Below, piece by piece: positions 8,901-19,116 of a stretch of 64,000 nt of DNA (positions are counted from its first letter, which is position 1; each line of letters starts with the position of its first letter). The notes beneath the pieces were generated by a model, which worked only from the letters and a program-made list of their open reading frames with translations, was not told the DNA's origin and searched no databases. A program made the translations under genes and the position numbers. Source of the stretch: an uncultured virus (IMG/VR IMGVR_UViG_3300006802_013268) (Duplodnaviria; Heunggongvirae; Uroviricota; Caudoviricetes); the IMG/VR virus record IMGVR_UViG_3300006802_013268. One strand, 5' to 3'.

Positions 8901-11276
8901 AGATTCTGCGAGTGCGTCTAGTTTTGCTTCAAGTTTGGCAATATCTGCCATCGTATATCTTTTATGCTCAACTGGAGAAATTTTAAGATCTGTTGCATCT
9001 AAAGTATTTGCATTCATTAACACATTATACAAATCTAAAGAATTGTCTGGAGTCTTTTTGTATTGTGGATCTTGCGCTTGCTGACCCAACAGAACTGAAA
9101 CACCACCATTTTCGTCAACTAAAATTTTATCTGCTCTTGGCAAATAATATTCTGTATTAAAACTTACATTAGAACCGATTCTTGGTTGACCAAATTCGTT
9201 GGTTGGCGTATTGCTAGCCAAAGGAACATCTGGACGAAAATCTAAATAATCGCGTAGATTGATTAATGTTCCATCAGAAAGTTTGTGCGTCGGAATATCT
9301 TTATAATCAATTTGACCGCTGTAAGAAGAAACACTATAGAAAGCATCGTCTGAAGTAACACTGTTTCTAGCAAAATATTTAAACTTGGTATAAACATTAC
9401 CAGTCCAAGTGTACCCGTCATTTAGAATTAATCTTCCTTCGGTGTAATAATTATCCCTTTGTCCGTTATCTAATCTGAATACAGCATCTGCTGGTTCACC
9501 AGCGCTCGTACCTAATCGGACAGAATCTATCTCATAAATGTCATATTGACCCAACGGGAGATATTTAAATTCTCCTACAGTTGTCAATCCGCTAGTAACA
9601 GTTGTTTGCGTCAACGATTTTGGACGCGACTTAGTGTTTGTACTTGATTCTTGAACAAAATATAAAAGTACATGAGATTGGCTGACAGTCAATCCACTAA
9701 TTTCATATGTGGCAGGATTATAACTCCACCCAGTTTCAAGTGTATTAGACGTATCGTTCCAAATAATCCACTGTCCCCAATCAACATAATCGTCGGGAGT
9801 GATATTTGCTAATTGTGCAACTCCTGTGCCGTCAGAATTAATTCTAACCGAACGAATACACGTTCTAGTAATTGTTCCACCATCAACAAGTTTTGGTCTT
9901 GTTAAAGGAAATTTAAACAATGATCCGTTTATTCGTGTATCAAGTAATCCACTAGTTCCAGCAATAGCAATATTAATGTTTCCGGTTCTTAAAGAAGTTG
10001 CTGCAGAAACAGAATAATCTGCATCCATTTCAACTTTGTAGACATACGCGCGAGCAAGAGTACTGTCAGAAAGATCGCGCTGAATTGCTCTAAGAACACA
10101 TGTTCCTCTTTGATCGTTTCCAATATAAATGTTTACTGGAATATGTTGATAACTTCCAGCATTGAAAAACATAGTTTCGCCATCAGTAAGATTCAATGTT
10201 GCATCATATTGTATTTGGAAATAGTTACCATATGCAATACCGATAGATTCATCAGTTACTGGTTCAACATCTTGCGGTTTTGGTACTAACAAAACAGTTG
10301 TGGCAGTGCTTGCTCGGTGGCCATTAACATATGCCAATCCACCATCAACATGTAATTCTAATTTTGATGCATCTGCATCATGTTCTTGGTAAGAGATATT
10401 AAAAGGTGAAACAATATAGTTTCCGGATTCTTCTCTAGTTCTTTGTGCTAATTGCTCTTCTAGTTCGTTATAAGAGTTGTCTAAACTAACTTCTTCTACA
10501 ATTTCGCCGTTCTCGATCCTAGCAATAAAAACAAACATATCTTGAGAAACAGTATCACTTTTCTCAATCAAAGTTAGATTAATTTGAAGTCGGTCCGCGC
10601 CAGGACTAGCAGTATTGACTACATCTCCTGCATTATCATATAAATCTTCGTCATCGTTTACAGTGATAATTTTCTCTTCAACTTTAAATCCAACAACAGC
10701 ATCAACAGTGTTTGAATATTTCTCTAGGATTAATGATTGTTGTTGCGCATGTACAAAATGACCAGCAACAAAAAAATCACCTTCGCCGACGGTAAATTTA
10801 ACACCAGAACCTGTAGCATTCGTTCCTACAGTTACAAAGTTTCCTCCAGTTCCAACAATAGCGATAATATTTTCGCTTACATCAAAAGTTTTATTTAAAG
10901 ATCCATCGCCATCAATATATGCAATGTAAAGAGTATTATCAGCATCAAGAACTTCTAATACAGTTGCTTTAACTCCGCTGGTTTGCCCCTGATAAACATC
11001 CCCAACTGCAACACCAGAAAGATCAGCAGAATTAACCCGAACAAAATTATATAATGCTGTAATGTGATTGCCACCAAGAGAAACGGCAGCACCTTCTTTA
11101 AATACGTGCCCTCCAAATCTTGCCATTTCTTCTTGGATTATTGTCTGAACCTGCGTTAATTCTCTTGCTTGCAAAGCACGTCCGCTATTAAACAGAATTC
11201 GATGATAGTTATCTGATTCTGTCCAGTCGTCTTTGTAAGTAGATGACAGTGTTGCTTGGGTTAGATCTGTTGCCAT
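5880..11276 (-). CDS. Large virion structural protein, DUF4815/VrlC-like
   Basis: 1798 aa; YKDDW...YHRILFNSGRALQARELTQVQTI N-terminus, APGADR-like motif, RTREESGNY, PLAQSFFV. Confidence 0.85.
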   Translation of the reverse strand: MATDLTQATLSSTYKDDWTESDNYHRILFNSGRALQARELTQVQTIIQEEMARFGGHVFKEGAAVSLGGNHITALYNFVRVNSADLSGVAVGDVYQGQTSGVKATVLEVLDADNTLYIAYIDGDGSLNKTFDVSENIIAIVGTGGNFVTVGTNATGSGVKFTVGEGDFFVAGHFVHAQQQSLILEKYSNTVDAVVGFKVEEKIITVNDDEDLYDNAGDVVNTASPGADRLQINLTLIEKSDTVSQDMFVFIARIENGEIVEEVSLDNSYNELEEQLAQRTREESGNYIVSPFNISYQEHDADASKLELHVDGGLAYVNGHRASTATTVLLVPKPQDVEPVTDESIGIAYGNYFQIQYDATLNLTDGETMFFNAGSYQHIPVNIYIGNDQRGTCVLRAIQRDLSDSTLARAYVYKVEMDADYSVSAATSLRTGNINIAIAGTSGLLDTRINGSLFKFPLTRPKLVDGGTITRTCIRSVRINSDGTGVAQLANITPDDYVDWGQWIIWNDTSNTLETGWSYNPATYEISGLTVSQSHVLLYFVQESSTNTKSRPKSLTQTTVTSGLTTVGEFKYLPLGQYDIYEIDSVRLGTSAGEPADAVFRLDNGQRDNYYTEGRLILNDGYTWTGNVYTKFKYFARNSVTSDDAFYSVSSYSGQIDYKDIPTHKLSDGTLINLRDYLDFRPDVPLASNTPTNEFGQPRIGSNVSFNTEYYLPRADKILVDENGGVSVLLGQQAQDPQYKKTPDNSLDLYNVLMNANTLDATDLKISPVEHKRYTMADIAKLEAKLDALAESTSLSLLELDAKIDSLHDSDGNVREEVGIIVDDGSDQNLSDTNSSDYCASVDPDSQLFRPCFDENNIRLIYVENDLTDAFTTANSSKNVVLKGDNVYLDYEESSWITQTDASEAVKVNPYGMVDNVGCMELSPSSDEWKAGWNGLRLLGNSNRLDVKWAWLWNSWQWNWIGRLQDGVFVDPDLDLYERGYGVYGRGGLFSNIKYLSDMGLYPRKIRGAYVNRIMASATLRRIIGNRVVDAALLPWIRSRKIYFKIMGLKPNTLHKAYFDGVDVTNFCRTETFLRYAATTNDDGNLYTNVTVTDGHPQGALPLTSNDKGELSGSFFIPSTRPRYVVGPYGVTTGEIVADGSLRFRAGIKEFKVLDIAENNWSAAGSKAAAYYSVQGAMPIKQQTILSTRLFWKVHPYDYSRGPNVWNYHQIRDEVDNVPAGYVQYLEPHEQGLWGAATTAVSPGSYSGEMGNIIYDYVNVNQLLYSGVNVLPSYYPQKPLAQSFFVDNPFGVILTNIKLYFKTRPDPNEKPLPVSVQIRPMKGNVPDSLEIVPGSCSFVNAADVNVSSDASLATTFEFEEPVFLNPYTKYAICVQSQSTEYEVFTATFNQYIVGGGGRKVTKSHLGDMFFPQTGYAYKPAVGRDLTYQITRAKFSPKDANGNRNSGVAGGHNGSLILRNAEIPDRLLGQNPLSVTQGSSTVYVKHPCHGLNIGDYVTISGAVATGGINAVNLNLTNTLVTNADVHGFTYTAGSSATSTTLGGGSSIITSRNIQYDVIMPYIETAVPALTSVDFSAKLIKGKSFGNTESYSKYDEDQTFTRVNPFVNTSFDEPRLLANRYQETQSISSHRSAYFKVDLKSANNYVSPIVDLQRSSLILVTNCIDDSDGRSLVGNSELSPYGGASPSRHIVTPVSTAIPAVGFSAKVKYICPAYSDFSVYGRTSNAGENIADQPWFLIEPQQPLQKGYYGSGWKEAEFLAGGLGGTLDAFTQAQLKFVMHTSNTVWVPLIKDLKWKFLAT

Positions 11277-11280
11277 GTGT

Positions 11281-12660
11281 TTACTCGCAATCTTGTATAT
11301 TAATGATGATTCTTACATCATCGGTTTGACTTGTACTTCTAGTGTTTCCTGGTAAATTTTGTACGTTTTGAACGCTTAACAATTTTCCGCTCTGTACATC
11401 AATATCAGGATTATTTATTGCTGTAATTGTAGTAGATAAATTAGTTTGATATGTTATTGATCCGGTAGTAAACGGTTCATATCCAGTTGAATCTGATTGA
11501 TAATAGTGTATTTTCCCTCCAGCATCAACATAAGAAACTAATGCTTCTGCAGTAGCACCTTGAGTTATCTTGTCATCCTCAAGAATACTGCCAACACTTG
11601 AAAGAGTAAATGACCTGGAAGCAGTTCCCGCATTTCCAGAAAATCTTGTTGTACTATTATAGTTCAGAGGATTCAACAACAAACCAAACTGTTTGTAATT
11701 CGCTAACGTTTCAATTGCATCTTGACCGCCGCTTGGTTCGTTTCCTTGTATATCTGCGCGAAACATCATATGTTTACTTTTTAAAGTTACAACTGGATCA
11801 GCATTTAATCCACCAAAGGGTGCTTGAATTGCTCTCAGAACGCAGTTTCCTGTAGATTTAACGGTAAACTGACCTTGAGAAGAATCATGAAGAATAAGTC
11901 CAGATCCATTAGAATCAAGGGTAACGTCAAACACTTGTCCATTAACTGAAGAAGTTATAAATCCCGTAAAAGAAGATAGAGAACTTAAAGGAGACGGTGT
12001 AATCGTTGGCGGAGAGGAATAACCATCTCCTCTAGACAATACTTGAACGCCAATGATTTCTCCGTTTATAGCACTATCTTGCAATGCTTTTTGCTGTATT
12101 TCTTCTGGAACAAATGGCGTATCTGATCTAATAGTTTTTACAGGTATCCAAGCAGAAGTTTGATATCTTGCTTTTGCTAAAGGACTAATTTTATATAAGA
12201 ATCTCCAGATATAACCGTCAGCAGTTTTATATGATCTGGCAGGATTATGCGGATGAACTAATGCTTGATCAGCAGCAGTCGGTTCAACAATAGATTGTGC
12301 ATAGGTTCCTAACGGACTTACGAGGTTATAAATGCAAACAAAAACCTCGTCATATTGGTTTACAACATAAAAATTTTCTAGATTTTCGTCTGTATCATTC
12401 CAGGGATTATATCTTGTTCCATATACCCAATCTACTTTGGGCACAACAAAAGAAGTATCTGTAACCCTTTTTAAGGACTGCATTCTATTTCTAAAATCTT
12501 TTTGCCCTTTTAAAGAATTATCAGGTTCTGGAACAGAGGTTGTCGTCCAATCTTCGCTTTTTCCTAACGCAATGAAGTAACGATTTCCACCAACGACACT
12601 AGTGTCGCTATCAAGGTATCGAAACATATGCTGCGAAAACTGACGGGATATATTGCTCAT
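11281..12660 (-). CDS. Baseplate wedge protein gp8-like
   Basis: FYVVNQYDEVFVCI, TADGYIWRFLYKI, DDVRIII C-terminus; position next to gp6. Confidence 0.85.
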   Translation of the reverse strand: MSNISRQFSQHMFRYLDSDTSVVGGNRYFIALGKSEDWTTTSVPEPDNSLKGQKDFRNRMQSLKRVTDTSFVVPKVDWVYGTRYNPWNDTDENLENFYVVNQYDEVFVCIYNLVSPLGTYAQSIVEPTAADQALVHPHNPARSYKTADGYIWRFLYKISPLAKARYQTSAWIPVKTIRSDTPFVPEEIQQKALQDSAINGEIIGVQVLSRGDGYSSPPTITPSPLSSLSSFTGFITSSVNGQVFDVTLDSNGSGLILHDSSQGQFTVKSTGNCVLRAIQAPFGGLNADPVVTLKSKHMMFRADIQGNEPSGGQDAIETLANYKQFGLLLNPLNYNSTTRFSGNAGTASRSFTLSSVGSILEDDKITQGATAEALVSYVDAGGKIHYYQSDSTGYEPFTTGSITYQTNLSTTITAINNPDIDVQSGKLLSVQNVQNLPGNTRSTSQTDDVRIIINIQDCE

Positions 12661-12683
12661 ATTTTCTCTCTTAGATATTCACC

Positions 12684-12691
12684 TATTTATA
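12684..12691 (-). promoter_or_regulatory. T4-type late promoter TATAAATA
   Basis: Exact consensus overlapping the gp6 stop, upstream of gp8. Confidence 0.75.
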
Positions 12692-14495
12692 ACGTATTTG
12701 TGATTACTGCTCGATAAGTTGATCTTCCAGAATCAAATACCAAGATGTTGCTTCTTTGAGGAGAAATTGCTGATTCATCAGAAGGAACTACTGTTATTGC
12801 AATATAGTCGCCTTGGAAAGAAGACGGTTGAAATCCAACTAATGTCAAAACACCTGTTTGTGTGTTATAACTACCCATGTTTTCTTTTACGATTTTTCCA
12901 GTATTGTTACTAATAATATTAAGAGTAGAATATCCTTCACGATTAACAATCTTACATTCATCTCCGTCATAAGTAAACACTGTTGAAGTAACTATATCTC
13001 CACTGCCAACAAGGGATTCTTTAATTTGGGTTGGGAATTCTAATACATAATCTTTTATAACTGAAACGTCAGGAACAAATCTTTGGTGAATTAAAATTGC
13101 TGCTTGACTTGACAAAATTGAAGGATCTACATTATCTATGCCCGTAAGCATTTTTGACCTTCTAAACGATTTGTCAAACGTGCCCAAATTAGCATTAAAA
13201 TATGATACAAGATAATTCTTAACATTAGTCTCAACCTGGGACTCTTGTAAAGAAGTTAATTTAGGATTCCATTGAAAAAACACATTAGTTTGAATATATG
13301 TTAATGTCGGGTCTGTATATTCGACATTAAAAGAAGCAACTGAGATATCTTTTGCTAATGTCTTAATTCCTTCTTTGACTATATTTTTTTCAACATTTGA
13401 TACGTTATCAAAAAAATCTATTGACAGATAGACAGTTCCAAATTTTGCAGGAATATTGTCTTCCCCTCCCCACGCTTTAACCTCTTGAATATATCCTGAA
13501 TAATTTCTTTGCGCAATAGCAGCATAATCTTCAGCAGTAACCATACGATTTTGCGCGGCATAAAGAAATGGAGCATTTTTTCTTATTGACTCTATTCCTT
13601 CTTTGTTTAATCCTCCGGCAGACTGAGCCAGAGTAGTAACGTTGACAGTCAATCCGTTAAGGGTTGATGAAGGAAGAAAAACCCTACCGCCATTTGCAGA
13701 AGGTCCTGAAGTTGAAAAATACTCAACCTCTATTTTACTTCCTGGGGAAGGTGCTCTACCCAAATTAGTTCCATTACCAAAAGTGAGTTCAAAATTGCCA
13801 TTTGGTGCTTCTTTTAGAACATAAATAGTAGAGGTAGAATTGATTGATGTTGCGTTGTATATGCTAGTGTATGTTACATATTCCGAAGAAGAAGGAGTAT
13901 CATACACTCGTATCGTAACTGAATCTAAATCTAAAGAAGAATCTTGAATTACATAAGTATCTTCTTCTGAAGAATTTCCTGCAATAAAAATTTTAGTTCT
14001 TGTTGATCCTTCATATAATTTAATTTTTGTATTGCCCAAAGTGTCTTTAAACGTATAGACAGTTCCGACAGCATCGGACAAAGAAGCAGTTAATACTTCT
14101 CGTGTTTTAAACGTATATGCTTTGTTTTCAACTAAGCAAGAAAATCCAAATCCTGCAGGCATAACTATTTCAACAGGAGAGGTTGCGTCAGTAACTTTTA
14201 ATTCTACCACAGCAACAGAAGATTTTTTTGAACCAGGAATATATCCAACAGTTTCTGCCAAACCAACGACAGAAGACCTAAGTTGTGCTGTACTTAAAAA
14301 AGATTCGTTTAACGCATAATTAGCAATTAATCCGTTATAATGTGTATTGTATGCAAGAACATCAAGCAAAGAAGATAAACCAGAACCTTCAAAATTATAG
14401 TCAGAAAATTCTGATGTTTGATTTAATGCGATTTTTAGATTATTTTTAATAGAATTAAAATCTAATCCAGTCGATTTAATAATTGTTTTTGCCAT
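12687..14495 (-). CDS. Baseplate wedge protein gp6
   Basis: LDFNSIK...FSDYNFEGSGLSSLLDVLAYNTHY, QNRMVTAEDY, WGGEDN motifs. Confidence 0.93.
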   Translation of the reverse strand: MAKTIIKSTGLDFNSIKNNLKIALNQTSEFSDYNFEGSGLSSLLDVLAYNTHYNGLIANYALNESFLSTAQLRSSVVGLAETVGYIPGSKKSSVAVVELKVTDATSPVEIVMPAGFGFSCLVENKAYTFKTREVLTASLSDAVGTVYTFKDTLGNTKIKLYEGSTRTKIFIAGNSSEEDTYVIQDSSLDLDSVTIRVYDTPSSSEYVTYTSIYNATSINSTSTIYVLKEAPNGNFELTFGNGTNLGRAPSPGSKIEVEYFSTSGPSANGGRVFLPSSTLNGLTVNVTTLAQSAGGLNKEGIESIRKNAPFLYAAQNRMVTAEDYAAIAQRNYSGYIQEVKAWGGEDNIPAKFGTVYLSIDFFDNVSNVEKNIVKEGIKTLAKDISVASFNVEYTDPTLTYIQTNVFFQWNPKLTSLQESQVETNVKNYLVSYFNANLGTFDKSFRRSKMLTGIDNVDPSILSSQAAILIHQRFVPDVSVIKDYVLEFPTQIKESLVGSGDIVTSTVFTYDGDECKIVNREGYSTLNIISNNTGKIVKENMGSYNTQTGVLTLVGFQPSSFQGDYIAITVVPSDESAISPQRSNILVFDSGRSTYRAVITNTL

Positions 14496-14936
14496 TTATC
14501 TTAGTCCAGAAATGGTTGTATCTATTACTTCGGTTCTAGCAAAGTTTCTAACACCAAATTCAACTCGAACATTAACAGAATAATTATCTTCATTTGTTTC
14601 AACTTTTACTGATTTAAGAATCGCTCTCGGTTCATATTTGGTCAAAACTCGAGTAATCCTTTCTCTTATTTCAAAATCGGAATTTCCTACAGTCAAATCA
14701 AAAAGTAATGCCTGCAATCCTGCCCCAAAATCTGGAGCAAACGGTTTGTCAAATGCTCCGCATTGAAGAATGTTGCTGACAGATTGCCTAACAGCTGCAG
14801 CATCATTCTTTTTATACACATCACCAGTATCTTCAAAAATTGCCATAGAAAGATCTATGTCTTTATAGATGTTTCCAACAGCTACTTTTATGCTACTGGA
14901 TAAGTTTCCATCTTGTGCAGATAATATTTTTGCCAT
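14496..14936 (-). CDS. Baseplate wedge protein gp25
   Basis: YKDIDL, AVRQSVSNIL, KPFAPDFG, YEPRA motifs. Confidence 0.92.
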   Translation of the reverse strand: MAKILSAQDGNLSSSIKVAVGNIYKDIDLSMAIFEDTGDVYKKNDAAAVRQSVSNILQCGAFDKPFAPDFGAGLQALLFDLTVGNSDFEIRERITRVLTKYEPRAILKSVKVETNEDNYSVNVRVEFGVRNFARTEVIDTTISGLR

Positions 14937-14954
14937 TTAGAAATCCTCTTTTGT

Positions 14955-14962
14955 TATTTATA
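14955..14962 (-). promoter_or_regulatory. T4-type late promoter TATAAATA
   Basis: Exact consensus about 20 nt upstream of gp25. Confidence 0.75.
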
Positions 14963-15746
14963 CGTCTCGAGGAAGGATTTCTACTAAATCTGCTTTAGAT
15001 TGTAATTCACCATTAAACCTGGTCTCAACTTGTCTCGCAAACGAAACTTCATATGAATGCGGAATTTCAGGAATTTGTAATACAATCTGAGAAGTTAATC
15101 TACCACTTATGTCATAGGTATCATAATCTAAAATAATTTTATCATAATCAATGTAATCTTTCCAATACACAGCAAGATCAAAAGTTTTACTTTCATCTGT
15201 GACACCATCACGATTTATTAATTGGTAAACGATTGCTTGTCCAGTTCGTTTTAATGCGTTTATACCTGCTGGTTTTTCTCCAACATATTCAGCAATCAAA
15301 GTGTTTTTAACTTCAATTGTTTTGGTTTCAGACTCAAGTTGAGCAATTACAGCGTCATATTGTTCAGGATCAGCAAGTTGTACTGCTAGTGCTTGTTGTT
15401 CTTCATATGATAAAGATCTGGTGACTTTTTTTGTAGTATCGCCGACGGAATACTCAAATTGTGGAGTTGGTTCATAAATACCTTCAGAAACAATCAATCT
15501 ATGATAACGAAACGCAGGAACATCAACAATTGATCTCATTGCTTGCGCATGAACATATAAATTTCTAGCGATCTGCCTTCTATCTGCTTCTCCAGTAAAA
15601 TCTTCATTATAAAGTTTTTCAAATTGAGTGCCTGATCCTCTCGATCCTAAAAATTTAGCACAAGTAATTCCTGGTGCTAATTTAGTTGCTGAAGAAATAA
15701 CTATCTGAAGATTAGGATTATAATTTGGATCTACGGGAATAATCAT
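14958..15746 (-). CDS. Hypothetical baseplate-region protein
   Basis: 262 aa, ATGA-coupled to the gp5 beta-helix gene, lies between gp5 parts and gp25. Confidence 0.6.
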   Translation of the reverse strand: MIIPVDPNYNPNLQIVISSATKLAPGITCAKFLGSRGSGTQFEKLYNEDFTGEADRRQIARNLYVHAQAMRSIVDVPAFRYHRLIVSEGIYEPTPQFEYSVGDTTKKVTRSLSYEEQQALAVQLADPEQYDAVIAQLESETKTIEVKNTLIAEYVGEKPAGINALKRTGQAIVYQLINRDGVTDESKTFDLAVYWKDYIDYDKIILDYDTYDISGRLTSQIVLQIPEIPHSYEVSFARQVETRFNGELQSKADLVEILPRDV

Positions 15747-17275
15747 TTAGTCTTAAACCTCTTGCTTCTATTATCTGACGGATTATTTCCAATCAGAGTT
15801 TCACCGAACCTTATAGTTCCGTTTTTATTTGCTGTTCTACCAATATTTGGCGGATTTGTTCTTGTCCAACTTTTTGACAGTCTGGATTCAGAGATTAATT
15901 TATCAATCAATTCCCCATTGTTTCTCCACTGTTCGTCACGAAGTTTAGATCTGACTTCATGTATGTTTGGATTTTTAATAAATGCTCCTTTATAATCGTC
16001 AATCAAACGAATGGTATCGTTATAATCTTCAGCAAAATCTAGTTTATAAATTCCTGCGCCAGTTGTTTGTAATACCAAATCAACAAATAATCCTAATGGA
16101 GGATAAGACTTAGGATTTTCGGGTTGAACTGGAGTCGGATATGGAACTTTAATTTCTGGTACAACTGGACCAAGAAGTCCATTAAATCCTAATGCAGCAA
16201 TTTGTGCTGCAATGAGCGCCGAAGTAATTCCCGATAAATCCGAATTTCCTGCATTTACAGAGGATGTACTATAAGTAGAAACAGATGCCCAATCAGCTTT
16301 AACTGCATGACCAGAGGCACCCGATTTGATAGCATAATCTGCTTGTTGCGCACTTCCAATTAACTTACCATAAAAGTTTGCATTACTGCTTCCAAAATGT
16401 CCACCTTTAGTTCCTTTAAAAATAGATCCATAATATTCAATATCATCACCGCCGATAGAACCTTTTTTTCCTATCATAGACAAGTTTTCTGCTGTAACTC
16501 CAAATTTTTCGGTAGCTACTGTTATTTTTCTTTCAGAAGATATCCTCATTGTATCAGAAGAAGCAATGTCAAATTTACCATTAACAAAATAACGAACATC
16601 GTTTAGAGTGTTAATAATTTGTTGATCACCAATAGTCATGTTATCAACAAATCCAATTCGAGTATCTCGAGATCCGCGAATAGTTTGTTGTTGGTCTCTG
16701 TCAACAATAAAATTATTTCTTCCTTTTACTTCTTCGAATTTATCACCAGCAACATTTATGTTCCAATTACCGCCAACGTCTAAGTTAAAATCGCCATCAA
16801 CTCTTAGGTTTAAATTACCTTTATAAACAAGATCTGCTTGTCCCTCAACAATAACAACATCATCGCCACCAGTAAGAGAAACTTTTTTATTTTTGGTAGA
16901 GAAAACTAAACTGCCGTCAGCACGAAGTTCTATGCCTGAACCAGTTCTGTGTTTAATTAAAATTCGTTCTCCGCCAGGTGTATCGTCTATTTCTATGCTA
17001 TGTCCAGATTGCGTTTCTTGAACCTGGTTGTATGGATACTGAGAAGGAATTTGATCAGCAACTGAAGCATCAACCCCAAAATCTCCACCAGAATGCCAAA
17101 GTTCGTTTATATTTTCTCCTCTGGCAGTTTTAGAGATCCCTGGTCCATAGAAATAATCTCTTTTAGGATATTCTCCGGAGGCATCTGAAAACCCGTCCTG
17201 AGGAACACCACGAGTTTCTTCTAAACCAAAAAAATCCAGCGTTCTTTGTTTAAACGAATCTTTTTTATTTGTCAT
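15743..17275 (-). CDS. gp5-like central spike, C-terminal (beta-helix) part
   Basis: YPYNQVQETQSGHSIEIDDTPGGERILIKHRTGS followed by V-x-G-D/N octapeptide-like repeats. Confidence 0.88.
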   Translation of the reverse strand: MTNKKDSFKQRTLDFFGLEETRGVPQDGFSDASGEYPKRDYFYGPGISKTARGENINELWHSGGDFGVDASVADQIPSQYPYNQVQETQSGHSIEIDDTPGGERILIKHRTGSGIELRADGSLVFSTKNKKVSLTGGDDVVIVEGQADLVYKGNLNLRVDGDFNLDVGGNWNINVAGDKFEEVKGRNNFIVDRDQQQTIRGSRDTRIGFVDNMTIGDQQIINTLNDVRYFVNGKFDIASSDTMRISSERKITVATEKFGVTAENLSMIGKKGSIGGDDIEYYGSIFKGTKGGHFGSSNANFYGKLIGSAQQADYAIKSGASGHAVKADWASVSTYSTSSVNAGNSDLSGITSALIAAQIAALGFNGLLGPVVPEIKVPYPTPVQPENPKSYPPLGLFVDLVLQTTGAGIYKLDFAEDYNDTIRLIDDYKGAFIKNPNIHEVRSKLRDEQWRNNGELIDKLISESRLSKSWTRTNPPNIGRTANKNGTIRFGETLIGNNPSDNRSKRFKTK

Positions 17276-19116
17276 CGTAAATTTCTCTTTTTATTCAACT
17301 CAGAAATTGAATATGGTCCTTCTTTTGAAGGATCTTTGTAGACAGATCCCTTTAAGAATTTTGCTTCGACGTATGAAATAACATCAAATCCAGGATCTTT
17401 TTCTATAGGATCAATATCTTTGTGTCCGACAATTTGCCCATTTGGTATTTTTTTGTAAAAAGCAGAACAAATATAATCAAAACTGTTTAATTGACTTCTG
17501 GTTAGTGATTTTGCTGATACAAAATTTTCTGGATTTAGAGTTCCGGAAGAACAGTTTAATCCACCAACAAATACTACTCCTATGGTGTATTTATTTCTTC
17601 CCACAGTATGTTCGCCCTCCTCGCCCAAAGGTCTACCTCTTTGAATTGAACCGTCTCTTCTAATGATTAAATGATAACCTATTTGATTCATTCCAAGGTT
17701 TTTATGGTATTCTTCAATTTCTTCAGAACCTATGTTTTTATTAGTATATGTTTCTGTCCAATGCACAACCATTTCAGAAACTTCTCGCTCCATAACTTTA
17801 AATTCTGCTTCAAGTTCTTCGACTGAAGAAATGTAAGAAAAATCTTTTTTAGATTGTCCAACAATGTATGGATCAGAAAATACAATCTCAGATATTTCTG
17901 GTTTGCTTGCAGTTGTTATACTGCTATCTACCGATTTTAATGTAGAATATATTATATCATAACTTTCTTCAGAATATTTCGAGACAATAATAACTGCCCT
18001 AGAAAAATCTTGTACGTCTCCCTGAGACAAATCTATTACTTCATTTAATTCTGTATCTGGAATTGTCGGAGCAATTTTTTTAATGTTGTTTATAATTTCA
18101 GAGGCGAGTTTAATGTTAAGTCCTTCCAAAACACCTCGAGGAGAATTATTTGCGAGTTTTGTCGAAATTACTCTTCTATATTCTTCAGCTCTTGCTGTAA
18201 GTTCTGACTGATTGGCAGAAGCATTTTGTAATGAGTTTAAAAGGTCTTGCGACTCTTTAAAATCAGACAATTCCTGAATTTCTTTTTCAAATCCTTCTTG
18301 GTTAATAGTTGCTTGTTGATCTTCACTAAAAACGGTCGTTACATCTGTTTTTAAAGAATTTAATTCTGCAATTCTAGCATCATAATCACCAGATGGTGAC
18401 TTGGATTCGTTGCCTGCTCCAAGGTTTTGTCCAGTAGATAATACTTGAACGTAAATATCGTCACCATTGAGATCTAACACATTAGTATAATTTGTCGCAC
18501 TAGCTTTTGCTTCTTGTAAATTTGAAATTTGATCGTCTATAAAACTATTTGCAGCATTAGCAATGTCTAAAGCAGAACCTTTAGCACTAATTGTTCCTTG
18601 AATTTTATCTACTGCACCTTTTAATCCTGAAATAGATCCTTTTAACAAAAATTTCTTAAGATCTGCCGGATCTTCTTCTCCCATTCCGGTTATTCTATTA
18701 AGAATAGATTCTAAGTTTTGCTCACCATCATCAGGTTCAATTCCAATTGAGTCGGGTAAACTAGTCTCTCCATTGGGAGCAGTTCCCCACGTAATTTTTA
18801 TAGTATTATCGGTTTTAGTGCTCAAAGCATTAAGCAAAGTTACTGAGGCAATAACATTTTTAATTTTATCTAAAGCACTAGTTTCGCCGCTGAGCATACC
18901 AGCAACATCAGTATTCTGTATAAGGTTTTTTACATCATCAAATTGAGACGTAAGAGACTCTATTCCTCCAAGAACTTGTCCAGCTGGAGTTGCTGCTAAA
19001 GCAGTTTCTGCTAAATCTTTTGCTTGCTGCTCTACTTGCTCTGCTTTATCTGTTACCGCATTATATTGACTTTGAGCTGTTGATTGTAATTCGCTTTTTA
19101 CTTTTTCTGTGCTCAT
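17272..19116 (-). CDS. Protein with C-terminal N-acetylmuramoyl-L-alanine amidase (Amidase_2, T7 lysozyme/AmpD-like) domain
   Basis: VVHWT...IGYHLIIRRDGSIQRGRP...IGVVFVGG...GHKD...KDPGFDV; long helical N-terminal part. Confidence 0.85.
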   Translation of the reverse strand: MSTEKVKSELQSTAQSQYNAVTDKAEQVEQQAKDLAETALAATPAGQVLGGIESLTSQFDDVKNLIQNTDVAGMLSGETSALDKIKNVIASVTLLNALSTKTDNTIKITWGTAPNGETSLPDSIGIEPDDGEQNLESILNRITGMGEEDPADLKKFLLKGSISGLKGAVDKIQGTISAKGSALDIANAANSFIDDQISNLQEAKASATNYTNVLDLNGDDIYVQVLSTGQNLGAGNESKSPSGDYDARIAELNSLKTDVTTVFSEDQQATINQEGFEKEIQELSDFKESQDLLNSLQNASANQSELTARAEEYRRVISTKLANNSPRGVLEGLNIKLASEIINNIKKIAPTIPDTELNEVIDLSQGDVQDFSRAVIIVSKYSEESYDIIYSTLKSVDSSITTASKPEISEIVFSDPYIVGQSKKDFSYISSVEELEAEFKVMEREVSEMVVHWTETYTNKNIGSEEIEEYHKNLGMNQIGYHLIIRRDGSIQRGRPLGEEGEHTVGRNKYTIGVVFVGGLNCSSGTLNPENFVSAKSLTRSQLNSFDYICSAFYKKIPNGQIVGHKDIDPIEKDPGFDVISYVEAKFLKGSVYKDPSKEGPYSISELNKKRNLR

